Shown in pieces: positions 37,910 through 48,202 of a stretch of DNA of 64,000 nt; position 1 is the stretch's first letter, and each line of letters starts with the position of its first letter. Source of the stretch: an uncultured Pseudomonadales bacterium (GTDB lineage Bacteria > Patescibacteriota > Microgenomatia > UBA1400 > PJMF01); assembly GCA_964511345.1 (NCBI GenBank), contig CAZEEV010000001.1:72089-136088 (forward strand), in the 5' to 3' direction. The translations under genes and the position numbers were made by a program. Under the pieces are notes generated by a model, which saw nothing but the letters and a program-made list of their open reading frames with translations, was not told where the DNA came from and did not search any database.

Positions 37910-38464
37910 ATGTCAATTAATAAAGATTCTTATCTAGAAAAATTTGAAAAAACTTTAACTTTTGCGCAAAATGATTTTGCGACTTTACGCACTGGTAGAG
38001 CTAGTGCCCAACTTTTAGATGGGGTTTCTGTAGAAGCTTATGGAACGAAAATGGCCTTGAACGAAGTGGCATCTATTTCTGTACCTGATACTCAACTTTT
38101 AGTTGTTAAGCCTTGGGACAAAAGTCTTTTATCTGAGATAGAAAAAGGTATTCAATTAGCACAGCTCAATCTCAATCCGATTGTTGATGGCGATATTATT
38201 AGAATTGCGGTACCTACTTTGACTCAAGAAAGAAGATTGGAAATGGTTAAATCTTTGCATCAAAAAGAAGAGGAAGTGAAGATTATGTTACGCAATATTC
38301 GTGCTGAGAGTCGCAAAGAAATCGAAAAACAAGAAGGTTCTGTTGGTATAAGTGAAGACGACATTAAGACAGAAGTTGAAGAGTTAGACACTTTTGTTAA
38401 AGAGTATGTTGGCAAGTTAGAGGATTTATCTAAGCGTAAAGAGCAAGAGCTTTTAAGTATTTAG
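37910..38464 (+). CDS. frr: ribosome recycling factor
   Basis: LRTGRAS, VEAYG, PWDK, LNP..DG..IR..P.LT.ERR, RNIR. Confidence 0.96.
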   Translation: MSINKDSYLEKFEKTLTFAQNDFATLRTGRASAQLLDGVSVEAYGTKMALNEVASISVPDTQLLVVKPWDKSLLSEIEKGIQLAQLNLNPIVDGDIIRIAVPTLTQERRLEMVKSLHQKEEEVKIMLRNIRAESRKEIEKQEGSVGISEDDIKTEVEELDTFVKEYVGKLEDLSKRKEQELLSI

Positions 38465-38465
38465 A

Positions 38466-39587
38466 ATGCTGACTTTTATGACAGCTTTAATTTTTATTGT
38501 CATTTTATCTGTTTTGGTAATTATCCACGAGTTCGGTCATTTTCTTTTCGCTAAAAAAAATAAAATTAAAGTTCATGAATTTGGACTTGGCTATCCACCT
38601 CGTCTTTTCAAGTTATTCCGTCATCAAGAAACTGTTTTTTCTATTAACTTGATTCCTTTTGGTGGTTTTGTGCAAATGGAAGGAGAAAATGGACCAGAAG
38701 AAAATGATGATCAAAGTGGTTCATTTCATCACAAATCAGCGAAAGCAAGGTTGAAAGTAATTTTAGCAGGAGTGTTGTTTAATTTTATTTTCGGTATTTT
38801 AGCCTTCACCATTGTTTTTTATCAACTGGGCATTCCTAAACAGTTATCAAATCAGGCTCGTATTAGTCAAATCACTGAAAATTCACCAGCTTCAAAAGCT
38901 GGTCTGCAGGCTAATACCAACATTATAGCCTTCAAGGTAGATGAGCAGTGGATAGAAATGAATAATATATCTCAAATACAAGATTTTGCGAGCCATCACT
39001 TGGGAGAAAATCTATCGATTAAAACTTCTTTGCTTTGTAAAGAAGAAAAATGTCCCTCGGTTTATGAAGAAAAACAAATCTATTTAAGGACGGCAGCAGA
39101 AACTCCTGAAGGAGAAGGTTCGATGGGTATTATTTTTACTGACGTAATTTTCAAACATTATCCTTGGTACCTCATGCCTTTTATGACAATTTTTTATGCT
39201 TTTAAGCAATCAATAGATCTTGGAATCTTAATTCTTCAGTCTTTGTGGAAATTAATTCTTGATTTGTTTGCTGGGCGCGGATTGCAACAAGAAGTGGCTG
39301 GTCCGATTGGTATTATAGATCAAGCCAGTACCTATGGTTTCTTCGAGGGTGGATTCCTGAGCATTCTTAATTTTGCCGCTCTTTTATCAATTAATTTGGG
39401 TATTATGAACTTGTTGCCAATCCCAGCCCTAGATGGTGGTAGAGCGGTCTTGGTTTTATTGGAAAAAGTTTTTGATAGAAAAAAAATAGACAAAATTGCG
39501 CACTATTTAAATTATTTTGGTTACATTTTTCTACTTGCTTTAATGGTCGTAGTTTCTTTTAATGATATAAGAAATATTTTTAGATAG
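38466..39587 (+). CDS. rseP: RIP metalloprotease RseP (M50 with PDZ-like domain)
   Basis: HEFGH, PFGGFV, AGV..N, SPA..AGL, NLLPIPALDGG. Confidence 0.93.
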   Translation: MLTFMTALIFIVILSVLVIIHEFGHFLFAKKNKIKVHEFGLGYPPRLFKLFRHQETVFSINLIPFGGFVQMEGENGPEENDDQSGSFHHKSAKARLKVILAGVLFNFIFGILAFTIVFYQLGIPKQLSNQARISQITENSPASKAGLQANTNIIAFKVDEQWIEMNNISQIQDFASHHLGENLSIKTSLLCKEEKCPSVYEEKQIYLRTAAETPEGEGSMGIIFTDVIFKHYPWYLMPFMTIFYAFKQSIDLGILILQSLWKLILDLFAGRGLQQEVAGPIGIIDQASTYGFFEGGFLSILNFAALLSINLGIMNLLPIPALDGGRAVLVLLEKVFDRKKIDKIAHYLNYFGYIFLLALMVVVSFNDIRNIFR

Positions 39588-39591
39588 ATTT

Positions 39592-39813
39592 ATGGCAAAA
39601 CATCGTACTAAAAAACTTCGTATTCGTGCTAAAGAGCATCGAACTGTGCGGTTGGAGAGTCAGAATTCTGAAAAGACTGTGCTCGATAAAGCTAGTCAAG
39701 AAGAAATTTTTAGTTATAGTCCTAAATTAATTGCTAAAGATTTGAAAAAAACTTTTTTATTAGTAATATTTATTTTACTTGTTTTGTTAAGCATTGCTTT
39801 AATATATACTTGA
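39592..39813 (+). CDS. small protein, basic N-terminus with C-terminal TM
   Basis: 73 aa; 'KDLKKTF' followed by a hydrophobic helix. Confidence 0.6.
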   Translation: MAKHRTKKLRIRAKEHRTVRLESQNSEKTVLDKASQEEIFSYSPKLIAKDLKKTFLLVIFILLVLLSIALIYT

Positions 39814-39852
39814 GGCTTAACTTTAAAATGAAAAAATGAAGAAAGGTTTTTA

Positions 39853-41049
39853 ATGCCAAAGAAAAAATTGATTATTGCCTTAGTTTTGTACGTAGTGAGT
39901 GCTGGCCTGTCTTTTTTTGCCTTTTCTGCTTTTGGTGAGGGTACCCTTGCCAGTAGTCTCAACACTAAAAAAACCAATGAGCCAGAAGAAACTTTGCTTA
40001 CTAGCTTGCTTAATATAGCTCCCGGCGAAGCTAAAGACCAGGCTTGTCCCTTGAATGGTGCTTACTACACCACGACTGAAAAAAATGCTTGGGAAACACG
40101 TCGTCCTCTTTACGTTATGATTGAAAACACCCCAGATTCTCGTCCACAAGCTGGCTTGAGTCGTGCAGACGTAGTTTTTGAAGCTGTGGCTGAAGGAGGA
40201 GTGACCCGTTTTGGAGCTTTATTTTATTGCGCAGCTCAATATCAAGAGCTAACTTTGGCTCCAATTCGCTCTGCTCGTACCTATTTTGTTGATTGGGCAT
40301 CAGGATTCAATTTGCCAATGTATGTGCATGTTGGTGGAGCTAATGTAGCTGGACCAACTGATGCTCTTGGTCAAATTGGAGATTATGGATGGGAAGGTCA
40401 AAACGATATTAATCAATTTTCAGTGGGTTACCCAACTTTCGTTCGCAATTACAATCGTATTCCTGGTAAAGAAATTGCCACGGAACACACCATGGAAACC
40501 ACTACGGAAGCTTTATGGGCAGTGGCCGCCAAACGTAATTGGACTAATATTACTCCAGAGAGAATGGTAGCTAGAAGAACAATTCCAGCTGCTTCTTGGA
40601 GCAGTGCTTACAAGGGATGGATTTATGAAACAGAAATTCCAGCTGCAGGTTCAACCACCAAAATTGCCTACGATTTCTGGTCTGGATACAATCAATATTC
40701 AGTTGAGTGGAATTATGATGCTACTGCCGATGCTTATAAGAGAAATAATGCTGGTGAAGCTTTTACTGATATTAATAATAATGAACAAATTGCTAGTAAA
40801 AATGTGGTAATTTTGTTGACTACAGAAAAAGGACCGATTAATGAAAAGAAACATATGCTTTATGGCACTACTGGTCGCGGCAAAGCTTTGATTTTTAAAC
40901 ATGGTCAGGCACCTATTGAAGCTAATTGGGTCAAAGCAACTCGTGAAGCAGAACTGCAATTTGTTGATGTACGCGGCAAAGATGTAGAGTTGGCTAGAGG
41001 ACAAGTTTGGATTTCAGTTTTAGCCACTGGTTCTGAAGTTATCTACTAG
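39853..41049 (+). CDS. DUF3048 (YerB-like) membrane-anchored protein
   Basis: RPLYVMIEN..SRPQAGLSRADVVFEAVAEGGVTRF, PIRSARTYF, GQVWI. Confidence 0.88.
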   Translation: MPKKKLIIALVLYVVSAGLSFFAFSAFGEGTLASSLNTKKTNEPEETLLTSLLNIAPGEAKDQACPLNGAYYTTTEKNAWETRRPLYVMIENTPDSRPQAGLSRADVVFEAVAEGGVTRFGALFYCAAQYQELTLAPIRSARTYFVDWASGFNLPMYVHVGGANVAGPTDALGQIGDYGWEGQNDINQFSVGYPTFVRNYNRIPGKEIATEHTMETTTEALWAVAAKRNWTNITPERMVARRTIPAASWSSAYKGWIYETEIPAAGSTTKIAYDFWSGYNQYSVEWNYDATADAYKRNNAGEAFTDINNNEQIASKNVVILLTTEKGPINEKKHMLYGTTGRGKALIFKHGQAPIEANWVKATREAELQFVDVRGKDVELARGQVWISVLATGSEVIY

Positions 41050-41068
41050 TCACATAAATTAAAAAATT

Positions 41069-41108
41069 AAAAGCTGGTGAAGTAGTATTTACTTCCCCAG
41101 CTTTTTTT
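41069..41108 (+). terminator. intrinsic terminator
   Basis: AAAAGCTGG-T-GAAGTA…TACTTC-C-CCAGC followed by T7. Confidence 0.8.
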
Positions 41109-41155
41109 GTTACTATTTGAATTGAGTACAAATTGACTTCAATTAAGGATTCTTT

Positions 41156-41755
41156 ATGGCAGACTTAAGTGATTTATTGGTTTCCAAAGTAAGAGTAAAA
41201 ATGCTATCGCTTTTTTTTGAAAAATCTAGCGACATGTTTTATGTACGTGAAATCACTCGTTTGATCAAAGAAGAAATTAATGCAGTGCGTCGTGAATTAG
41301 ATCGCATGTTGGAATGTGGCTTATTGAAAAGTGAGCAGCGTGCCAATCGTCTCTATTATTATCTCAACAAAAAGTACCTCTATTTTCAAGAGTTACAAAG
41401 AATGATTATTAAAACTACTGGTCTTGGCAAAAAAATTAGAAAATATAGACGCAAATTAGGTGACGTTAATTATGTTGTTTTTACTGGGGCTTTTTTGAAT
41501 CAAGAAAAATTAAATAAAGATGAATTAGACATTTTGGTAGTGGGTGAAGTGGTTTTGCCTGAACTAGAAGCCTTAATAAAAGCAGAAGAGAAAGAATTTG
41601 GTCGAGAAATTAACTATGCAGTTTTAGCTGCGGAAGAGTTTGAATTTCGTAAAACTCGCCGAGACCCATTCATTATGGAAGTTATGTACGGAGTGAGAGT
41701 AATGGTTATTGGAGATGAATTGGAATTTTGTCATCGAGAATTACCTACCATTTAA
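41156..41755 (+). CDS. winged-HTH protein with C-terminal degenerate nucleotidyltransferase-like domain
   Basis: SKVRVKML..F...YVREITR..NAVRRELD; C-terminal GAF…DELDILVVG…GREINY. Confidence 0.75.
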   Translation: MADLSDLLVSKVRVKMLSLFFEKSSDMFYVREITRLIKEEINAVRRELDRMLECGLLKSEQRANRLYYYLNKKYLYFQELQRMIIKTTGLGKKIRKYRRKLGDVNYVVFTGAFLNQEKLNKDELDILVVGEVVLPELEALIKAEEKEFGREINYAVLAAEEFEFRKTRRDPFIMEVMYGVRVMVIGDELEFCHRELPTI

Positions 41756-41758
41756 TAT

Positions 41759-43135
41759 TTGCCACATATGAAGAAAAAATCTTTAACTAAGCCTTTATTT
41801 TTAATTTTTTTCTTAACTGTTGCAGCTGGTTTTATTGCTTTGCCAGATCAATTTGGAAATTTTAAAAAACCTAAAATAGATTTTTATTTTTGGGGAAAAC
41901 ACATTTATAAAGATTATCAGCTGCGCAAAGGCCTAGATATTCAGGGAGGAATGCAAGTGGTTTTGGAAGCAGAAATGAATGATATTCCTGATGAAGATAA
42001 AGAGATTGCTTTGGAATCTGCTCGTGAGGTGATTGCTAAAAGAGTAGATTTATATGGTATTAGCGAATCATCAATTCAAACTTCTAGAGCTAATGAACAA
42101 AATCGTTTAATTATTGAATTGCCTGGCGTTTCTGATCCGGCTCAGGCTTTAGAATTAGTTGGGCGCACCGCTCTTTTGGAATTTAAGTTACAAAGAGAAC
42201 TTACTCAAGAGGAAAGCATTGAGGCGACTGCATCACCACAAATTTGGCTCAATTCTTTTGTGGATACAGGATTAACTGGCAAACAGTTAAAAAAATCTCA
42301 GGCTCAACTAGATCCACAAACTTCTAAACCGATTATTTCTCTGGAAATGAATGAAGAAGGTCGAGAATTATTTGCTGATATTACCAAAAACAATGTTAAC
42401 GAAGTTTTGGCTATTTTTGTTGATGGTATGCCAATTATGACTCCTGTCATTTCTACGCCGATTTTAGATGGCAAGGCAGTCATTAATGGTGAATTTAGTG
42501 TCGAAGAAGCCAAAAATCTAGCCATTCAATTAAACGCTGGTGCTTTGCCTGTTAATATTAAAGTTTTGGAACAAAAAACCATCGGTGCTAGCTTGGGTGA
42601 CGAATCCATCCAAAAAAGTGTCAAAGCTGGTTTGATTGGTTTGTCTTTAGTTTTATTATTCATGATTCTTTATTATGGTTGGTTAGGTTTTGTAGCCAGT
42701 TTCTCCTTAATTATTTACGCCATTTTGACCATTGCCCTCTACAAAGTTCTAGGCGTAGTTTTGACTTTACCAGGCATAGCTGGCTTGATTTTAACGATTG
42801 GCATGGCGGTGGATGCTAATATTTTAATCTTTGAGAGAATGAAAGAAGAATTGCGAGTGGGTCATCCTTATGCTCGAGCCATGGAATTAGGTTTTGGTCG
42901 TGCTTGGGATAGTATTAAAGATGCTAATTTAGCTTCGATTTTCACCGCTTTGGTTTTAATCAATCCATTAAATTTTGCCTTCTTAAATACTAGTGGCATG
43001 GTCAAAGGTTTTGGTCTAACTTTTCTGATTGGTACGCTTTTGAGTTTATTTACAGGTGTAGTCGTTAGTAGATTATTGTTAAGAGCCTTCTTGCCAATTT
43101 TTTTGAAATTAAGCAGAAAAAATGAGGAACCCTGA
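41759..43135 (+). CDS. secD: protein translocase subunit SecD
   Basis: GLDIQGG, RVD.YG, IELPG, AGALP, IG.SLG, GMAVDANILIFER. Confidence 0.96.
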   Translation: MPHMKKKSLTKPLFLIFFLTVAAGFIALPDQFGNFKKPKIDFYFWGKHIYKDYQLRKGLDIQGGMQVVLEAEMNDIPDEDKEIALESAREVIAKRVDLYGISESSIQTSRANEQNRLIIELPGVSDPAQALELVGRTALLEFKLQRELTQEESIEATASPQIWLNSFVDTGLTGKQLKKSQAQLDPQTSKPIISLEMNEEGRELFADITKNNVNEVLAIFVDGMPIMTPVISTPILDGKAVINGEFSVEEAKNLAIQLNAGALPVNIKVLEQKTIGASLGDESIQKSVKAGLIGLSLVLLFMILYYGWLGFVASFSLIIYAILTIALYKVLGVVLTLPGIAGLILTIGMAVDANILIFERMKEELRVGHPYARAMELGFGRAWDSIKDANLASIFTALVLINPLNFAFLNTSGMVKGFGLTFLIGTLLSLFTGVVVSRLLLRAFLPIFLKLSRKNEEP

Positions 43136-43137
43136 GC

Positions 43138-44013
43138 ATGAAATTAATGAGATTCAAAAAAATTTATTTTTTAATTTCCTTAACTTTTTTAGTTCCAGGA
43201 ATAATATCTTTATTGTTATTTGGTTTAAAACCAGCCATCGATTTTACCGGAGGTTCATTGTTGGAGCTACATTTCACTGATCAAAGCAAAACCACTTTGC
43301 AAGAAGATGATTTTAAAAATACTTTGTCGCAATTTTATGAAGCTAATGTGGTCCAAAATTCTGGAGAAAATAAAATGATTATTAAGGGTAAGGAAATTAA
43401 TAATCAAGAGAAGGATGAGCTTATTAATAAGTTGAGTCAAAGTTATGGCTTATTGGAGGTTCTACGTTTTGAAACTGTCGGGCCTATTTTGGGAGCAGAA
43501 TTATTAAAGAAAACTTTAGTGGCAGTGGTTTTAGTAGCTGGCATTATTACTTTTTATGTGTGGAAACAATTTAGTGAGCTTAAATACGGCGTTTGTGCAG
43601 TTTTAGCCATGTTGCATGATTCCTTGATTTTAATTGGTGCCTTTAGTTTGCTGGGTCATTTTTTTGATGTCGAAGTTGACGTTTTATTTGTTACTGCTTT
43701 GTTAACCACACTCTCTTTTTCTATCCACGACACAATTGTGGTCTATGACCGCATTAGAGAATTAAAGCGCAAACATCCGCGCTCTGACTTAGAAGAAATT
43801 GCCAATGCCGCAGTTTTGGAAACCTTAAGTAGATCGATTAATAATTCAATGACCATTATTATTATGTTATTAAGCTTGGTTGTTTTGGGTGGGGATACGA
43901 TCCGTTGGTTCTCAATGGCTTTATTAATCGGTGCTATCACCGGTACTTATTCTAGTACTTTTACGGCTGTACCATTGCTTTTAGTAGTTAATAGAAAAAA
44001 ATTAACTAAGTAG
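43138..44013 (+). CDS. secF: protein translocase subunit SecF
   Basis: IDFTGG, ETVGP..G, HD, SIHDTIVVYDRIRE, GTYSS. Confidence 0.96.
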   Translation: MKLMRFKKIYFLISLTFLVPGIISLLLFGLKPAIDFTGGSLLELHFTDQSKTTLQEDDFKNTLSQFYEANVVQNSGENKMIIKGKEINNQEKDELINKLSQSYGLLEVLRFETVGPILGAELLKKTLVAVVLVAGIITFYVWKQFSELKYGVCAVLAMLHDSLILIGAFSLLGHFFDVEVDVLFVTALLTTLSFSIHDTIVVYDRIRELKRKHPRSDLEEIANAAVLETLSRSINNSMTIIIMLLSLVVLGGDTIRWFSMALLIGAITGTYSSTFTAVPLLLVVNRKKLTK

Positions 44014-45585
44014 TTTTTTAGCTTCTTCAAGTAGTTGTTCTTTGGAATTTAACGCTGGATTTTCTAGCACTTTTTCTAATAATTTATCCAGGATTTCTCC
44101 CAAAATAGGTCCTGGTTTTAAATTTAGTTCGCTCATTAAATCATTGCCATTGATATTCAAATCATCTAAGCCCATTGGTTGATTTAGTTGCTCGATAATT
44201 CTCTGTTTCATTTCTTCTAAACGCCAACTAGTTTTTTTTGCTCCACTACCTAAGCGATCGCCTTCTCTCAAATCAAGAATGTCATCGATATTTTCAAATC
44301 CAACGCGACGAATAAAACGACGAATAGAAGCGTCCGAGTGGTGTTCTTGATAATGAAACATATGATAACGAACGAGAATAAAAACTCTTTGCACTTCTTT
44401 CTTATACAACCTCAGGCGATTAGCAATTTTACTTGCCAATCTAGAACCTAAAATATCATGATTATAGAAAGTAATTTCGTTAGTTTCTTCTTTGTAGGAA
44501 GGTGGTTTGCCAATATCGTGTAATAAAGTTGCTAAACGTACAACTGGATCTTTAGAAGGACAATATCTCAGTGCATCAATGCTATGAGTCCAAACATCAG
44601 TGGTATGGTGACCTTTTTGTTGCATATTAATACCTGGATAAAGTTCAGGTATGATTTGTTTTAACAAGCCAGTTTCATGGAGCATTTCTATACCTTTAGC
44701 AGGATTTTCACTGCTTAGAATTTTTAGAAATTCATCTCTAATTCTTTCAAAACTTACAAACCTTAAGGAATCTTTATGAAACTTGATGGCAAAATAGGTT
44801 TCTGTATCGATGTCCATATTGAGTTGGACAGCCAAGCGGATAGCGCGCAACATGCGCAGGGCATCTTCAGCGAATCTTTGATCTGGTTTGCCAACAGTAC
44901 GAATAATTCTTTTATTAAGATCATCTTGACCATGATGATGATCAATTAGCGTAAATTGCTCTTTTTCGATTAGATAATTTGTTTGCAGTGCTTTTTCTTT
45001 AAAAATTTGCTGTAAATACTCTTGATTAACTTCAATTGCCAAGGCATTAATGGTAAAGTCTCTTCTTTCTAAGTCTTCTTTAATATTTTTCCCAAAAGTG
45101 ACCTCTTCAGGACGACGATGATCTAAATATTCGCCATCGCTGCGGAAGGTTGTAATTTCAAAAGGTGTTAGCTTATTGGCAATTGGTTTTTCTTCATTTT
45201 CAACACTGTTAACTTTGTCTTTTAACGAGATATGAATTTTTTTAGCGTTTTTTAAATCAATAATTCTATTACTTGAGGGAGCGGCTTGCACAAATAGATG
45301 ACTGAGATTTTTAACAGGCAACTGATGGTTTTGTTCGACGAGTTCTAATAATTTCTCATGGGTGATGCTGACGGTACCAAACTTATTTTCATAAAAACTA
45401 TCTATGAAGATTTTTTGAATTTTTTCAGGAGTTGCATCAGTAGTAAAATCATAATCCTTAATTAACTCTGGTTTGCAATTCATCACTAAATCGCGCACTG
45501 CTCCTCCGACCAAAAAAGCAGTAAAACCATTTTTATTTAAAAGATGAAGGATGTATAAAATTTCAAATGGTAAATTCAAGCTCAT
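44002..45585 (-). CDS. cca: CCA tRNA nucleotidyltransferase with HD domain
   Basis: LVGGAVRD, DYDF, EITTFR, RRDFTINA, EDALRMLRA, LLHDIGKP. Confidence 0.92.
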   Translation of the reverse strand: MSLNLPFEILYILHLLNKNGFTAFLVGGAVRDLVMNCKPELIKDYDFTTDATPEKIQKIFIDSFYENKFGTVSITHEKLLELVEQNHQLPVKNLSHLFVQAAPSSNRIIDLKNAKKIHISLKDKVNSVENEEKPIANKLTPFEITTFRSDGEYLDHRRPEEVTFGKNIKEDLERRDFTINALAIEVNQEYLQQIFKEKALQTNYLIEKEQFTLIDHHHGQDDLNKRIIRTVGKPDQRFAEDALRMLRAIRLAVQLNMDIDTETYFAIKFHKDSLRFVSFERIRDEFLKILSSENPAKGIEMLHETGLLKQIIPELYPGINMQQKGHHTTDVWTHSIDALRYCPSKDPVVRLATLLHDIGKPPSYKEETNEITFYNHDILGSRLASKIANRLRLYKKEVQRVFILVRYHMFHYQEHHSDASIRRFIRRVGFENIDDILDLREGDRLGSGAKKTSWRLEEMKQRIIEQLNQPMGLDDLNINGNDLMSELNLKPGPILGEILDKLLEKVLENPALNSKEQLLEEAKKLLS

Positions 45586-45609
45586 AGCTTTATTATAAGT
45601 CTAAGTATC

Positions 45610-47259
45610 ATGAAATGGCATATTCAATCCCCTCAAATTCCTGGAAATTCAGTTGAGCTTGAGAAAATTCTTTTAGAAAATCGTTCCATTCAAGATGTGG
45701 ACGATTTTTTTAAGGGCAAGTCGCCTTTTAAAATTTCCATAGAAGAATTAGGAATTAAGCAAGCAGCGCTAAGTAAAATAAAAAAAAGACTAGCTCGGGC
45801 TAAAGAAAAGCAGGAAAAAATTGTTATTTTTGGTGATTATGATGCAGATGGAATTAGTGCGACGGCTGTTTTGTGGCAAGTTTTGCATGATCAGGGTTAT
45901 CAAGTTTTACCCTTTATTCCTAATCGCCTTAAACATGGCTATGGTTTATCAGTTAAGGCTCTAAATGATTTAATGATCAAAGAGCCCGAAATCAGCTTAG
46001 TGCTCACGGTTGACAATGGCATTGTGGCGCATAAAGCCCTTGATTTTTTGGCACAAAAAAATATTGATGTGATTGTTAGCGATCATCATCAGAGTGATGG
46101 CAAAGCAATCAATGCTTTAGCAGTTTTTCATTCAAGTCAAGTTTGTGGTTGTGCTGTAGCTTGGTTTTTAGCCAGAGAGCTAAGTACAGAAGCGCAAAAA
46201 AAATTATTAATTGATTTACTGGGTTTGGTAGCGATTGCGACGGTGACAGATTTAATGCCGCTCTTATCACTAAATCGTTCTTTATTAATGTATGGTTTAG
46301 CTGTATTGCGAGCTAATCAAAATTTAGGCCTGAAAAGATTATTTAGTAAGGCTTCAATCGACGTATCAAAAATTGATGCCTATACGCTTGGTTTTCAAGT
46401 TGGGCCACGCATTAATGCTATGGGTCGTTTAGCTGATGGGATGGATGCGTTGCGCTTATTGTGCACTAAAAACGAAAAAAAAGCCGATGAGCTAAGTGAT
46501 CTATTACAAAATACTAATGAAGATAGACAAAACCTGACTTTTGACTCAATTGGACAAGCCGAAAAAATTATTAGTGAAGAAAAAGATCAGACCTTAATCT
46601 TTTTAAGTTCCAAAGAATATCATGAAGGAATCATTGGTTTAATTGCTGGCAAGATGACTGAAAAATTTTCTAAACCAAGTATTGTTGTTAGCGTAGGCGA
46701 AGAAGTATCTAAGGCTTCTGCTCGTTCTTTAGCTGACTTTAATATTACGCAGTTCATTCGCTTATTTAAAAAAGATTTGTTAGAGGTTGGCGGACATCCT
46801 CTGGCAGCTGGTTTTGCTTTGGAGACCTCAAAAATTGAATTAGTCAAAAAAGCTATGCAGAGTAAAGCAAATGAGTTGTTGACAGGTAAGTGTTTGGAAA
46901 AAACTCTTGAAGTCGAGACCGTGCTGCCTACAAATTTATTGACTGTAAAAACTATCAAATTAATAGATAAATTTGCACCCTTTGGTTTGGCTAACTCTAA
47001 GCCGATTTTTGTTTTAGAAAAAGCTTTAATTAAAAACTATAAACTTTTAGGTAGAGAACAAGAACATTTGAAATTAACTATTGTTTTCGACGATTCCGAG
47101 CAAGAATATGAGTTATTAGCTTGGGGGCAAGCCAGTAAACTTTCGGAATTCCAAATTAATGGATATTTCGATTTAGCAGTGACCTTAGAACTTAACGTCT
47201 ACCGTGATCTTGAAAAGATGCAATTAGTTTTAAGAGATTTCAAAAAACCGAGGCATTGA
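45610..47259 (+). CDS. recJ: ssDNA-specific exonuclease RecJ
   Basis: GDYDADG, GYGL, TVDNG, SDHH, PRINAMGR, GGHPLAAG, PFG..N. Confidence 0.96.
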   Translation: MKWHIQSPQIPGNSVELEKILLENRSIQDVDDFFKGKSPFKISIEELGIKQAALSKIKKRLARAKEKQEKIVIFGDYDADGISATAVLWQVLHDQGYQVLPFIPNRLKHGYGLSVKALNDLMIKEPEISLVLTVDNGIVAHKALDFLAQKNIDVIVSDHHQSDGKAINALAVFHSSQVCGCAVAWFLARELSTEAQKKLLIDLLGLVAIATVTDLMPLLSLNRSLLMYGLAVLRANQNLGLKRLFSKASIDVSKIDAYTLGFQVGPRINAMGRLADGMDALRLLCTKNEKKADELSDLLQNTNEDRQNLTFDSIGQAEKIISEEKDQTLIFLSSKEYHEGIIGLIAGKMTEKFSKPSIVVSVGEEVSKASARSLADFNITQFIRLFKKDLLEVGGHPLAAGFALETSKIELVKKAMQSKANELLTGKCLEKTLEVETVLPTNLLTVKTIKLIDKFAPFGLANSKPIFVLEKALIKNYKLLGREQEHLKLTIVFDDSEQEYELLAWGQASKLSEFQINGYFDLAVTLELNVYRDLEKMQLVLRDFKKPRH

Positions 47260-47273
47260 TAGCCTCGGTTTTT
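47242..47273. terminator. bidirectional terminator between recJ and the DsbA-like gene
   Basis: AAAAAACCGAGGC-ATTGATA-GCCTCGGTTTTT. Confidence 0.85.
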
Positions 47274-47296
47274 CAAATTTTAAAGTGAGAAAATTT

Positions 47297-48124
47297 TTAA
47301 AGATGTTTCTCTAACATAGTTTCCACTTGTTCGATAGGTAGAGCACCTGGAATAAGTTCAAAACCACCCTTTTTACTTATGATAATTGTTCCTGGAGTAC
47401 CAGATATGCCAGCTTTGGATCCGCCAGCGGCATCATCTTTAACAACTTGCTTCATTTCACCTTTATCTAAACAAGCTTTCACCTGACTGCGATTGGCTCC
47501 TGCTTCACTAGCCAAAGCCAAAATGGTTTCTTGATCAACTTTTTTGTTTTCTACGTTAGCGCCGTAAATAGAGCCATCGGCCATTTTTTCATAGACGCTA
47601 TCTGAAAATTTCCAGAAAGCTTCATTAGAACCATAGGTGGCAACGCATTCACTGGCTTCAGCCAAAGGTTGAGCATTGGGGTGAAAAGACAAGGGGAAGT
47701 GTCTGTATACCCAAGCAATATCATTTGGATATTTTTTCATCAACTCAACCATAGTGGGATGAAATTTATTACAGTATGGGCATTCGTAGTCTGAGTATTC
47801 AATCAAAACTACTTTAGCTTTTTCATTGCCACGAAAATGATCAGTTTTAGGATCAAAAGCTGATACGGCTTCTAGTTTTTTAGCAGCAGCAGCTTCAGCA
47901 GCGGCTTGATCATCGTTTTTCACCTGATTAGTGCCACTGGATTTTAAGATCTGATTTTCCTTCCAGAGAGAACCACCTAGAAAACCTAAAATGAAAGCAA
48001 TGACTAATAGAATGATTAAAGAAAAATTGCTATTCACAAAATCGCTAAATGCTTTGAAAGAAAATCTCTTCAAAGTGGACGCTGTATTCTTAGGAGCATC
48101 TTTTTTTAGAGTTTTTTTTGCCAT
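47297..48124 (-). CDS. DsbA/thioredoxin-like membrane-anchored oxidoreductase
   Basis: EYSDYECPYC, YRHFPLSFH, GISGTP, GALP. Confidence 0.92.
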   Translation of the reverse strand: MAKKTLKKDAPKNTASTLKRFSFKAFSDFVNSNFSLIILLVIAFILGFLGGSLWKENQILKSSGTNQVKNDDQAAAEAAAAKKLEAVSAFDPKTDHFRGNEKAKVVLIEYSDYECPYCNKFHPTMVELMKKYPNDIAWVYRHFPLSFHPNAQPLAEASECVATYGSNEAFWKFSDSVYEKMADGSIYGANVENKKVDQETILALASEAGANRSQVKACLDKGEMKQVVKDDAAGGSKAGISGTPGTIIISKKGGFELIPGALPIEQVETMLEKHL

Positions 48125-48202
48125 AAGGCCTTTCTATAAATATTATAATAAAAGTAGATTACAATATGCCTTATTAGTAAACATTTTACAAGCAGAAATT
48201 AC

